IMG/VR virus record: IMGVR_UViG_3300035210_000189
Span: 1-64,000 of that record
Strand: one strand, 5' to 3'
Length of the DNA stretch: 64,000 nucleotides
Source of the DNA: a virus
A program made the position numbers and the translations under genes. Positions 48,915-57,885 of this stretch are shown in pieces (position 1 is the first letter of the stretch; every line of letters begins with the position of its first letter). The notes under the pieces are model-generated. The model was not told where the DNA came from, did not search any database, and saw only the letters and a program-made list of their open reading frames with translations.

Positions 48915-50000
48915 ATGTCTACGTTTAAAGCGACAGTTCTTCCAGTCATTGTTGAGCCACATCCTAACGCTGATGCGATTGAACTGGCTCGCGTCGGGGA
49001 TTTCTTCTCGATCATTCAAAAAGGATACCTGAAAACAGGTGACTTGGCTGTTTATATTCCAGAAGGTGCCCTTGTTCCTGATTTCATTCAAGAAGAAGTG
49101 GGTTGCCTTGGTAAATTGGCAGGTTCCAAGAAAAACCGTTTGAAGCCTTCCATGCTTCGTGGTGTTCTTAGTCAAGGTCTTTGCTTTAAAGCCCGTGATG
49201 GCTGGGCTATCGGTGACGATAAAGCCGAAGAATTGGGTATCATCAAGTATGAAGCTCCTATTCCAGCCTCCATGAATGGTGAGATTTCTAACGTGGGCAT
49301 TGAAAACACTTTCCACTTTGACATTGAAAACGTCAAGCGTTACCCTGATGTATTGGTTGATGGTGAGCTTGTATCCATGACTGAAAAACTTCATGGCACG
49401 TTCACTATTGCTGGTAGCGTTTATGGTAAAGACCCTATTCCACATGTGGTTGATGGTCGCTCATTCGTGAGTAGCAAAGGTTTCTTTAACAAAGGCTTGG
49501 TGCTTCGTGACAACGAACAAAATGCTCATAACATTTACATTCGTGTTGCTAAAAAGTTCAATCTTTATGAGATTACAGCCATCCTTGCAGATCGCTACAA
49601 AACCAATGCTTATATTTCGGGCGAAACATTTGGTGCTGTTCAAGATTTGACTTACGGCTTGGATGCTGGCGTATTTGATTTCCGTGTCTTCAACTTGTTC
49701 CTTGGTTCGCGTAGTGATGCAAAAGGCGTGTTCCCAGTGGATGATGATGTGCTTGAAGCCTTGCTCACTGAGTTCAACTTGAAACGTGTTCCTGTGCTTT
49801 ACAAAGGCCCATACAGCAAAGAAGTCATGTTGAAATACACTGATGGGTTGGAAACTTACTCTGGCAAAGAAACACACATTCGTGAGGGTCTTGTTGTGGA
49901 ACCGCTTGTTCAGCGTCGAGATCCAGCCATTGGCCGTGTTGTCTTAAAAAGCGTTTCAACTGCTTACCTTTCTCGCAAAGGCGGCACAGAACTAAACTGA
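48915..50000 (+). CDS. RNA ligase, DRB0094 (Rnl2-like) family
   Basis: N-terminal HPNADAIELA..G...GDLAVYIPE, LRGVLSQG; motif I TEKLHGT, GE.FG, REGLVV, LKSVS..YL. Confidence 0.92.
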   Translation: MSTFKATVLPVIVEPHPNADAIELARVGDFFSIIQKGYLKTGDLAVYIPEGALVPDFIQEEVGCLGKLAGSKKNRLKPSMLRGVLSQGLCFKARDGWAIGDDKAEELGIIKYEAPIPASMNGEISNVGIENTFHFDIENVKRYPDVLVDGELVSMTEKLHGTFTIAGSVYGKDPIPHVVDGRSFVSSKGFFNKGLVLRDNEQNAHNIYIRVAKKFNLYEITAILADRYKTNAYISGETFGAVQDLTYGLDAGVFDFRVFNLFLGSRSDAKGVFPVDDDVLEALLTEFNLKRVPVLYKGPYSKEVMLKYTDGLETYSGKETHIREGLVVEPLVQRRDPAIGRVVLKSVSTAYLSRKGGTELN

Positions 50001-50001
50001 T

Positions 50002-50027
50002 AGGAACCTTCGGGTTCCTCTTTTTTT
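50002..50027 (+). terminator. Intrinsic terminator
   Basis: AGGAACC-TTCG-GGTTCCT then T run. Confidence 0.8.
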
Positions 50028-50037
50028 GAGGTATATC

Positions 50038-50376
50038 ATGAGTAAACTAACCTGTACACAAATTAAAGCGGCTGTTGGCTTAGTCGCATTGAAACATAAT
50101 TTGCAAGTGGATTGGAGTTCAGAAGACTCCTTTACATGGATTACCATGTGGCGTGATGGTGTTAAATTTAAAGCCGAAGAAGCTGCATTGATTTCTCAGG
50201 AAATTGCGAACGCCAGTGGTTTTGACTTCTACCTGAATAAAATCATTGCTGATGGTTTTGAAGGTGCGTTGGATGCGTATATTCGCAAAGTAACTCCCGA
50301 TGAAGTTCCACAGCGTTATGTTGAACATGGAAATACCAAAATTGATGACTACGGTGAGCAGTTCGTTGCTCAATAA
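50038..50376 (+). CDS. Hypothetical protein
   Basis: GAGGT RBS; terminator at 50385-50409. Confidence 0.7.
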   Translation: MSKLTCTQIKAAVGLVALKHNLQVDWSSEDSFTWITMWRDGVKFKAEEAALISQEIANASGFDFYLNKIIADGFEGALDAYIRKVTPDEVPQRYVEHGNTKIDDYGEQFVAQ

Positions 50377-50448
50377 TGCAGACAGAAGGAGCCGAAAGGT
50401 TCCTTTTTTCATTCTACTATGGTATAATGCCTTATCAAAAAATCAAAG

Positions 50449-51060
50449 GTGTTATTACTCATGAACGAAAAAATTGTTAAGCTTCTCAACTCCTTTTACA
50501 ATATTGGTTTTGATGGCGTTGATTATTTCTCCGTATTCCCAACGGTTCCTAATGACCAAATTTCAGAATTCGCTATCTGTATTGCTCATGACTGCGATAT
50601 TCATGTGATGCCTTGCATTAATCCAGATGTTCAAACACTTCGTGATGCCGATGGTAATATGAATGATATTTATCAAGACATGTTCTTTTCCTTTGAACAA
50701 TATCCTACACTGACTGGCTTCTTGAAAATCGCCGCTCGGGGTATTGGCATGGACAACATGTTGGGGCGTATTTCCAGTGGTGTGGATTTGAAAAATCCAA
50801 TTGAACTCATCAATGCCATTGTTAAAGAACAAGACTACCCAGAAGTGCTGGATGGTTTTGTTTACTCTCGCCTACAAGATGATAATGATGGTGAAGACAC
50901 GTCTACACTGGATATCAGCTTTGACAGTGTGGGTGCCTATGTGAAGGTTCGTTCGCTGGACAGTCTTCGGTATCGCACCAGTTATGGTGGTGGTAAAAGT
51001 GACCGTCTTCGTAATTCTTTGCTGTTGATTTGCTATATTATTCATCATAACCTTGTTTAA
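50449..51060 (+). CDS. Hypothetical protein
   Basis: SLRYRT..GGG.S.R.RNSLL motif; TGGTATAAT promoter. Confidence 0.75.
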   Translation: MLLLMNEKIVKLLNSFYNIGFDGVDYFSVFPTVPNDQISEFAICIAHDCDIHVMPCINPDVQTLRDADGNMNDIYQDMFFSFEQYPTLTGFLKIAARGIGMDNMLGRISSGVDLKNPIELINAIVKEQDYPEVLDGFVYSRLQDDNDGEDTSTLDISFDSVGAYVKVRSLDSLRYRTSYGGGKSDRLRNSLLLICYIIHHNLV

Positions 51061-51110
51061 AACGCTCTAAACTGCTATAATAGACCATACTTTTTCATCG
51101 GAGATACATT

Positions 51111-51539
51111 ATGACTACTTTGCACAAAGGCTTCAATAAAATCATGGAACAAGAAAGTATCCAGAGTGGTAATGCTTTTACCAGTGTGCAGACTTCCATG
51201 TATGTTCGTGGCATTAATACGCTTGAATGTAACAATCATGATTTTAAAAAAGGTGAGCTTCATCAGCGAGACATGAACATTTTTACAGATTGGATGCAAC
51301 GAAATGTTCAGGCTGATTATTTGACTCGTGATGACTTCTACAAAAAAGTTTCTGATTTGGCGTTTACTGGTGATCTGTGCCTTTATATTTTTCATAGTTC
51401 GCCAAAATCGGCTGCCATTGCCATTGCGATTGCTGATAAGAGTGGTCTGCAATATTTTTACGAACTCAAAGGTGATATTAAAAACCGTAGCATCGTTAAT
51501 TACATTAAAGATGAACTCAATCGGAGAGGTTGGTATTAA
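51111..51539 (+). CDS. Hypothetical protein
   Basis: GGAG RBS; TGCTATAAT promoter. Confidence 0.7.
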   Translation: MTTLHKGFNKIMEQESIQSGNAFTSVQTSMYVRGINTLECNNHDFKKGELHQRDMNIFTDWMQRNVQADYLTRDDFYKKVSDLAFTGDLCLYIFHSSPKSAAIAIAIADKSGLQYFYELKGDIKNRSIVNYIKDELNRRGWY

Positions 51540-51635
51540 TTAACCTTTCATCATACTCTTAGTTGTTAATTTTGACTTTCAGTCAGATTATAGTATACTG
51601 AACCGAAGTTAAAAGAAAAACAACTAGGAGTTTAT

Positions 51636-52136
51636 ATGTTAAAGAAAACCTTATTAGCGTGTCTTTTGATCAGTAGTTCCTTAGCTGTTCATGCAGCAGA
51701 TTTTGCACCCTTTGGAATCAAAATTGGAGAGCAAAGTTCGTTTTATCCAAAAAATCTCCAACCCACTGTTCTTGAACCTGTTAAGGTTCAGCCACCACAA
51801 CCTGTTGACGATTTCTTCAATGAATACAATGTCTATTTTAATGATGATCAACTTGTTCGCAAAGTAGAAGCCACTGGTGATTTAACCTCGGGTAAATACA
51901 GTTGTGTCGATATTGCTAATTCATTAAATGACACTTTTTTGAAGACCTATACCAATGCTCAGCCTAGTGTGCAAAATGGTGCCATGTATGCGTATACAGT
52001 TGAAGAAGGTACTGATAGTTATTCAGCCTATATTGCTTGTGATGAAACTTCAATTCATTATGTCATGTTTAATCCTGCACTTGAAAAGATAAGAGATAAT
52101 GTTGAAAGTACAAAGAAAGTAGACGTTCAATTATAA
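51636..52136 (+). CDS. Exported protein
   Basis: Signal peptide ending VHA; PFGIKIG; paired Cys. Confidence 0.75.
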   Translation: MLKKTLLACLLISSSLAVHAADFAPFGIKIGEQSSFYPKNLQPTVLEPVKVQPPQPVDDFFNEYNVYFNDDQLVRKVEATGDLTSGKYSCVDIANSLNDTFLKTYTNAQPSVQNGAMYAYTVEEGTDSYSAYIACDETSIHYVMFNPALEKIRDNVESTKKVDVQL

Positions 52137-52220
52137 TTCTTTAAATTTGTGAAATCAGCCAGCACTTGTGTTGGCTTTTTTATTTTTTCTGCTATATTAA
52201 ATCTTTTAAGGAGAATTAAA

Positions 52221-52613
52221 ATGGCTGGAATACCTAAACTATCAGTTAGATTATCGGACAGTTACAAAGCAGCACTATCAGAAATAACCACCACTATTGA
52301 AAATTTTAGAGCACTCGATGAATTGTATGATGCATACTCAGTTGAAATGACAATCAGAACAGCATGCATGGTTGATGATGAAGACATTTTTCCAGAAGAT
52401 TACGAGTTTGATTTAGATCCAGAATCACTTTATCTTAACATTTCTGACCTTCACAGTTTACAATCATGTAAGCCATCCGTTCTTAGTTTGTTGGAGTATG
52501 CGTTTAAAGATTCAGATTTAAAATTATGGCTTTATATTACCGATGATGACAAAACGTTTGTTTTTGTTCAAGCACCGTTGTCCCATCTCGCAGAGAATGC
52601 AAGGCACTATTGA
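52221..52613 (+). CDS. Hypothetical acidic protein
   Basis: AAGGAG RBS before ATG 52221. Confidence 0.7.
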   Translation: MAGIPKLSVRLSDSYKAALSEITTTIENFRALDELYDAYSVEMTIRTACMVDDEDIFPEDYEFDLDPESLYLNISDLHSLQSCKPSVLSLLEYAFKDSDLKLWLYITDDDKTFVFVQAPLSHLAENARHY

Positions 52614-53035
52614 TGACTGATATTGTTCCTTTGCTTCCACAGCTAACACATACACCGGAGATCGTTAAGGCCATTGATACCATCACTGGCTTGATTAAAA
52701 AAGTGAAAACAGCTCATGACCTTTTTTCAAAAAGAGACATGATAGAGCGAGCCACAGAGCTTGACTATCGTCTTCATTATGAAAAAAAGTTGCCTAATGA
52801 TATGTTGTTCATTCCAATACCTTATCAGGTGCTTAATCTATCCAGTGCTGAACTTGAAGTGATAAAACGCCACTTTGAGATTAGATCTGGCATCGTTTAT
52901 TCAATCAAGAATTTAAAAATCAAACACGAATATAATCATTGTATTGGTTTTAAACTTGATGTCTTATATCCTGCACCTGTTGAAGTTGCACCCGTAAAAG
53001 AAGATGTTAAGCCACCTGTTAAAAAAGCCAAATAA
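52610..53035 (+). CDS. Hypothetical protein
   Basis: Overlaps the previous stop. Confidence 0.65.
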   Translation: MMTDIVPLLPQLTHTPEIVKAIDTITGLIKKVKTAHDLFSKRDMIERATELDYRLHYEKKLPNDMLFIPIPYQVLNLSSAELEVIKRHFEIRSGIVYSIKNLKIKHEYNHCIGFKLDVLYPAPVEVAPVKEDVKPPVKKAK

Positions 53036-53339
53036 AAAACCCCGCTCTTTCGAGCAGGGCTTGGTAATAGGTAAGAGCGGCGATGAATTGCCGGATAAAG
53101 AACCCCTATTGATCCCGTGTTATAATTGCCCTTGGTGGCTACTATATCACTGGTTATTTTCACAACTCCCTCCCAGATCAACCACACCCAGTTAGAATGT
53201 CAGATTTTCTATTATCTACTGTTAACGAGGAAAAAATCTTCGAGACGAAAAAAACCTTTCAACAGTGAGTTTTTTTTTACAACAAAAAGTATACGGCATG
53301 AAACTACTCAATAAAAAAATCCGATATACCCTACCAAGA
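53034..53339 (-). ncRNA. Candidate ~305-nt structured ncRNA
   Basis: Own promoter, 5' CUUGGUAGGGUA pairs with 3' UACCUAUUACCAAG, internal hairpins, terminator CCCUGCUC-GAAA-GAGCGGG-U6; no credible ORF. Confidence 0.65.
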
Positions 53340-53342
53340 TCT

Positions 53343-53373
53343 AAATAGTATTACATTTAATACTATTTGTCAA
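53343..53373 (-). promoter_or_regulatory. Sigma70 promoter overlapped by an 11-bp palindromic operator
   Basis: TTGACA(53373-53368)-17 nt-TACTAT(53350-53345); AAATAGTATTA-CATT-TAATACTATTT at 53343-53368. Confidence 0.7.
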
Positions 53374-53374
53374 G

Positions 53375-54010
53375 TTAGCTATAACCTAATATAACATTTG
53401 TTGGTGCATACTTTGTTTTATTCAATGATGGTAAATGAGCAATAACCTCATCAGGTACCGAAACTTGAATCAAATAGCATGATTCGTTTTCAGTCATCAT
53501 AAAATTTTGAAGCAAATTTATGAACTCATCATTGTCAAATAAGTTGTTGGGAACAAAGACAGCCTTACTTTCCAGTTTTCTGAAAGCGGGTTTATTGATT
53601 TTTTCATTTTCAATCAACGTCAAATAGGTTTCATGGCTTCGTTTTTCATGAAGGCAGACACCCATGTTTTTACAAGCAGCCCAGTATGCATCTTGAATAA
53701 CGCTGATTTCTTCAATTTCGGCTGGCAGTTTAAAGACAAATGTTTTCTCACTCTCACCTTGGCCTAATGAAACAGTAAAGTGTTCGTCATATTCTTCGTT
53801 GATTAGTGCTTTTATAGAGCAATAGTTCATCGCTTTATCAATCACGTTGTTGGGCGTTTCACCTGTCAGTACATGATGTTTTGATTCACACCAGAACCGA
53901 ATCCAAAAATCATGTTTAGAACCTTTATTGACGGCTCTTTCGTCACATTCAATGGTCGGTTTTTTCGCCACTGTCCAAGCGAGACGTTCAGCATCGGTGT
54001 AGGTTTTCAT
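53375..54010 (-). CDS. Hypothetical protein
   Basis: AAGGT RBS; GGTATAAT promoter. Confidence 0.7.
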   Translation of the reverse strand: MKTYTDAERLAWTVAKKPTIECDERAVNKGSKHDFWIRFWCESKHHVLTGETPNNVIDKAMNYCSIKALINEEYDEHFTVSLGQGESEKTFVFKLPAEIEEISVIQDAYWAACKNMGVCLHEKRSHETYLTLIENEKINKPAFRKLESKAVFVPNNLFDNDEFINLLQNFMMTENESCYLIQVSVPDEVIAHLPSLNKTKYAPTNVILGYS

Positions 54011-54156
54011 TGTGTTTACCTTATTTTGGATATTGAGTGATTATACCTAAATATGGTCTAGATGGCAACCAATATTGTTTAAATTCAAATTAGCAATTTG
54101 CTTTTATTTTTTTTGTGATTATGTTATAATTAGACATTCTTTTAGAGAGCGTAATT

Positions 54157-54744
54157 ATGTTCGACATTAAGTATACGGAAATTCACGACAACCGCAAAAT
54201 GGCTAATCTCATCAAGCGTCATAAGCTTTTCGAGAAAGAACACCGCTCTAGCCGTTTTGAGAACAACGCTTTCTATATTTTGGAAGGGGATGAAGTTCGC
54301 CCTATGGGTGATGTTACCTTTATCAAAGTTAGTCATTTTTCTACAGTGGTTTGTCGTGTTGACAAGAAACCCGTGGGACTGCTTGTTCTGGAACACTACA
54401 TTGTTAATGATACCATTGATCCAAAGTTTACGTTGAACAACAAAAAACGTCGTTATACGATGATTGGTTTGGTCGGCACTTATGTTAAACCAGAGTTTCG
54501 TAAGAAAGGTATTGGACATGCTATGATGAGCGTGTTAAACGAGCAGCTTCAAGATCTTTATGTCAGTGATGATACGCATGTTCACATGTTAGCCGCTACT
54601 GGGAAAACGTTTGACCTTGTTCAAGCTGAAATGCCATCGTTCTGCCCTGTTGTGGCACCTTATAATTCTAACAAGTGGAAAGATACCGCAAAAAGCTGGT
54701 ATACTTACAGTCGTCATCATGAAGGTATGGTGGAATTCGTTTGA
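54157..54744 (+). CDS. GNAT family acetyltransferase
   Basis: YVKPEFRKKGIGHAMM acetyl-CoA motif A. Confidence 0.85.
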   Translation: MFDIKYTEIHDNRKMANLIKRHKLFEKEHRSSRFENNAFYILEGDEVRPMGDVTFIKVSHFSTVVCRVDKKPVGLLVLEHYIVNDTIDPKFTLNNKKRRYTMIGLVGTYVKPEFRKKGIGHAMMSVLNEQLQDLYVSDDTHVHMLAATGKTFDLVQAEMPSFCPVVAPYNSNKWKDTAKSWYTYSRHHEGMVEFV

Positions 54745-54778
54745 TTGTGGTATAATACTCTACACACATTTGAGGATA

Positions 54779-55063
54779 ATGACGATGATGAGCAAAATTC
54801 TGTTTGGCCTTGGTGCTGCATGGACTTGGTTCTGGTATAACACCGTTACTCGCCTGTTTGTTGTTCTTATTCCTACCTACATGGTCTTTGTTATCCCCTT
54901 TTTCAAGTATGTTCTGAAAGTTCCAGACTCTGACATGGCAAACTCTCTTTCAGCACTCTATATCCTCATTTTTATGATTGCTGTCTATGACAATGATTTT
55001 TCCAAGCGTAAAAAATATGGCATTCCCGACCGTTTGTTTTTCAAGAAAAAAAGTAAATCTTGA
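54779..55063 (+). CDS. Small membrane protein
   Basis: GAGGA RBS; hydrophobic helices. Confidence 0.65.
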   Translation: MTMMSKILFGLGAAWTWFWYNTVTRLFVVLIPTYMVFVIPFFKYVLKVPDSDMANSLSALYILIFMIAVYDNDFSKRKKYGIPDRLFFKKKSKS

Positions 55064-55117
55064 TCTAAACAGTATTTTTGTGTATAATACACGAACTTAA
55101 TTGATTCGGAGTCTGTC

Positions 55118-55882
55118 ATGTCCACTGTAAAAGCCCTTGTTATGAGCGACCTTCACCTTGAATACAGGAACAATATTAATATTCCTGTGATTGATGGTGT
55201 GAAGTTTTTGATCTTGGCTGGGGATATTGGTAGTAACCAGTCTCACCTTGAATTTATCAAAGACTGTGCCAGTAAATACACGGTCATTTATATCTTGGGT
55301 AACCATGAATTCTATGGCTTCACCTTGAAAGAAGTCCGTGACTTTTGGAACTCTGTCAAGATTGATAACTTTCACTTTTTGGATAACTCATCTGTGGTTA
55401 TTGACGACATTGAGTTTATTGGTTCTACTTTGTGGGTCGATTTTAATCGCCAAGATTTTCACACCATGTATAATGCGGCTATTGAGATCAAAGACTTTCA
55501 AAAAATCTTGAATGCTAATAATGATGAATATATCACTGCACAAGAAATTTATGAAGAGTTTGAAAAGTCATATGATTATTTGAAAAATGCTTTGTATGAT
55601 GACAATGGTTATGTGAAAGTTCTGGTGACTCATTATGGTTTTTCTCACCAAAGTGTTCACACAAGCTACCGTGACCATCCAGCAGATTTAAAGATGAACC
55701 ATTACTTTACCAATCATTTGGACAACTTTATTGGAAATTCGTTGGCTAAGGTTGCTATTCATGGTCATATGCATACTTCGGCTGATTACATGTTGGGCGA
55801 TGTTCATGTGGTGTGTGAGCCTGTGGGATATCCAGACAGTGTTAACCCAGAATTTCACTTTAAATTGGTTGACTTGAAGTAA
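55118..55882 (+). CDS. Calcineurin-like metallophosphoesterase
   Basis: SDLHLE, LAGDIG, GNHE, VTH, HGHMH. Confidence 0.93.
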   Translation: MSTVKALVMSDLHLEYRNNINIPVIDGVKFLILAGDIGSNQSHLEFIKDCASKYTVIYILGNHEFYGFTLKEVRDFWNSVKIDNFHFLDNSSVVIDDIEFIGSTLWVDFNRQDFHTMYNAAIEIKDFQKILNANNDEYITAQEIYEEFEKSYDYLKNALYDDNGYVKVLVTHYGFSHQSVHTSYRDHPADLKMNHYFTNHLDNFIGNSLAKVAIHGHMHTSADYMLGDVHVVCEPVGYPDSVNPEFHFKLVDLK

Positions 55883-55915
55883 CCCCTTATTACCTTAATT
55901 TTTGGAGTATATACA

Positions 55916-56176
55916 ATGATTTCAGAACCGTTGAACTATTATGATGAACAAGTCATTGCATTGGACTTGACACGCCTTTACAGAAAAGAACAAGAACTAT
56001 TGGCCGCTATGATTAAGAATCAAGCTTCTGCTACGTCGATGGCTGAGCAAAAACAGGTTATGAAAGAATATCAAGAGCATGAAGATGTGGTCAAATTTTC
56101 AGAAAGAAAAGCTGAAATCATGCGTCGTCAACAGGTGTGTCAAGACCGAAAAGAAGAAGCAAAACTCAAAGCTTAA
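55916..56176 (+). CDS. Hypothetical coiled-coil protein
   Basis: GGAG RBS. Confidence 0.7.
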   Translation: MISEPLNYYDEQVIALDLTRLYRKEQELLAAMIKNQASATSMAEQKQVMKEYQEHEDVVKFSERKAEIMRRQQVCQDRKEEAKLKA

Positions 56177-56240
56177 CAGTTGCTTTAATTTTCGATTTTT
56201 GCTATAATTAGGCACATTCAAAAAGAACGAGATATTAATC

Positions 56241-56615
56241 ATGAAAATTGCACACGTAGTTATTCAAGAAGCTGTCACTCATTTTCTGGCTAACCAGCCT
56301 ATTAATAAGTTGATCAATCAACTGTTTCGTGGTGGTAAACAAGTTCAAGATGACTTTGAACCCATTAAACAAGTTTCGTGTCTTATGTTTAAAGATGGGG
56401 TAGGCACCATGCGTTTGCATTGGAATGATGTTGTTCCGCGTGCTTTGCAAGATATTGAAAAAACAGAAGACCTTGATACAATCTTTACGATTTCTGTAAA
56501 AGGTCTGGAAGCAGAAATTTTTGTAAGCTATGATAAGTCTTCGATGTGGTTTAATATCACTTCGAAAACATTTGATAACCTTTTTGCATTGGCCGTGGAG
56601 AGGTCAAAGGAGTAA
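56241..56615 (+). CDS. Hypothetical protein
   Basis: TTGCTT..TGCTATAAT promoter. Confidence 0.7.
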   Translation: MKIAHVVIQEAVTHFLANQPINKLINQLFRGGKQVQDDFEPIKQVSCLMFKDGVGTMRLHWNDVVPRALQDIEKTEDLDTIFTISVKGLEAEIFVSYDKSSMWFNITSKTFDNLFALAVERSKE

Positions 56616-56617
56616 GT

Positions 56618-57046
56618 ATGGAATTTAGAGAATTTGTTGAAAAAGCTTTCGAAGCTGTTACTTTATATCAAGATACTCAGGCTGTATATGGTACAGTTTC
56701 TAGAAAAGAACTGCCTTCACTGAGCGATAGTGAATTGGAATCGCTTTTCTTTGAGCGTACTTGGGTTTCTGGTGGTCATACAGGTAAAAGCTGCTGGGGT
56801 GGTGAAGGTTATTCACGTAGTGGTGATACGCCAGAAGATATCACGCCTGATGTGGCTAAGGTTCTGAAAGCCGTTGGCCGGTCTGATATTAGTTTTGTTG
56901 ATTATATGGCAACTGTTCAGCCATTGGTTAAATCGACTGACCTGAGTGATTCAAGTGATTATTATGGTAACTATACCAACTATGCACGGCTTTATGTAAA
57001 TTTGAAAGAGTTGTATGATGTGGTGTATTGCGACAATGATGAGTAA
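56618..57046 (+). CDS. Hypothetical protein (WVSGG.G..C family)
   Basis: Tandem paralog of 57108; DYYGNY...YVNLK.LYD. Confidence 0.75.
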   Translation: MEFREFVEKAFEAVTLYQDTQAVYGTVSRKELPSLSDSELESLFFERTWVSGGHTGKSCWGGEGYSRSGDTPEDITPDVAKVLKAVGRSDISFVDYMATVQPLVKSTDLSDSSDYYGNYTNYARLYVNLKELYDVVYCDNDE

Positions 57047-57107
57047 GCAATAACAATTAATAATTATATCCTATGAATCTAGTGACGATTATATAAGGAG
57101 AAAAATT

Positions 57108-57527
57108 ATGATTGAGTTTACAGAGTTTGTAAAAAAAGCAGTAGTGTTTGCAAATGTGTCCGTGGATGTTTTAACTTCGCGTGATTACTCGTTAACCGAA
57201 CAGTGTATTGAAGCGTTAGATGACAAAGTGCTGGAAACTGCTGTGATCGAAAAAGTTTGGGTTTCTGGTGGTGTCTCAGGCAACGATTGCTATGAGTATT
57301 TGAATAGAACCGTAGACAGTGAAGGTGAACAAGAGATTATTCCAGAAGTTTTGGGATTGTTGAGAAGTCTAGGTCGTGATGACGTTGACAGTTCAGTAAT
57401 AGAATCAATGGTTCAAAGGCATTCATTTGATGAAGAACCAGATTACTATTTTAACTACTACGAGTATTCAAAAGTGTATGTGAACCTGAAAGCGTTGTAT
57501 GATAAATTTTTGGTGAAAGCTGAATAA
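57108..57527 (+). CDS. Hypothetical protein (WVSGG.G..C family)
   Basis: Tandem paralog of 56618; terminator at 57549-57578. Confidence 0.75.
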   Translation: MIEFTEFVKKAVVFANVSVDVLTSRDYSLTEQCIEALDDKVLETAVIEKVWVSGGVSGNDCYEYLNRTVDSEGEQEIIPEVLGLLRSLGRDDVDSSVIESMVQRHSFDEEPDYYFNYYEYSKVYVNLKALYDKFLVKAE

Positions 57528-57651
57528 TTTAATCTTAGCATTATGTTATAAAAAAACCTCACTTCGGTGGGGTTTTTTATTGTTTAATTATTATGGTTCT
57601 GTTATAATGAGGCTAATGACTTGCATTGCTTTGAGGCAAAGGAGATAACAC

Positions 57652-57885
57652 ATGAGTCGCGGCGAATCCACTGAAATGATTTCAACTACCTTCTATATTG
57701 GATGGTATTACTTACGGACTGTTCGTCAATACTTGGATGATATTATTGAAAATAAGGGCTGGCCTATTCAATATCAAGAGTCCATGTGGATTTTCGAAAA
57801 CAAGTTTGTTTTGTATGGCCCACAAGGTGATATTATGTATGTTAAAACAAAAATCGAAAAATATTTGAGTGAGTTGCAATTTTAA
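57652..57885 (+). CDS. Small hypothetical protein
   Basis: AAGGAG RBS; TGTTATAAT promoter. Confidence 0.7.
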   Translation: MSRGESTEMISTTFYIGWYYLRTVRQYLDDIIENKGWPIQYQESMWIFENKFVLYGPQGDIMYVKTKIEKYLSELQF

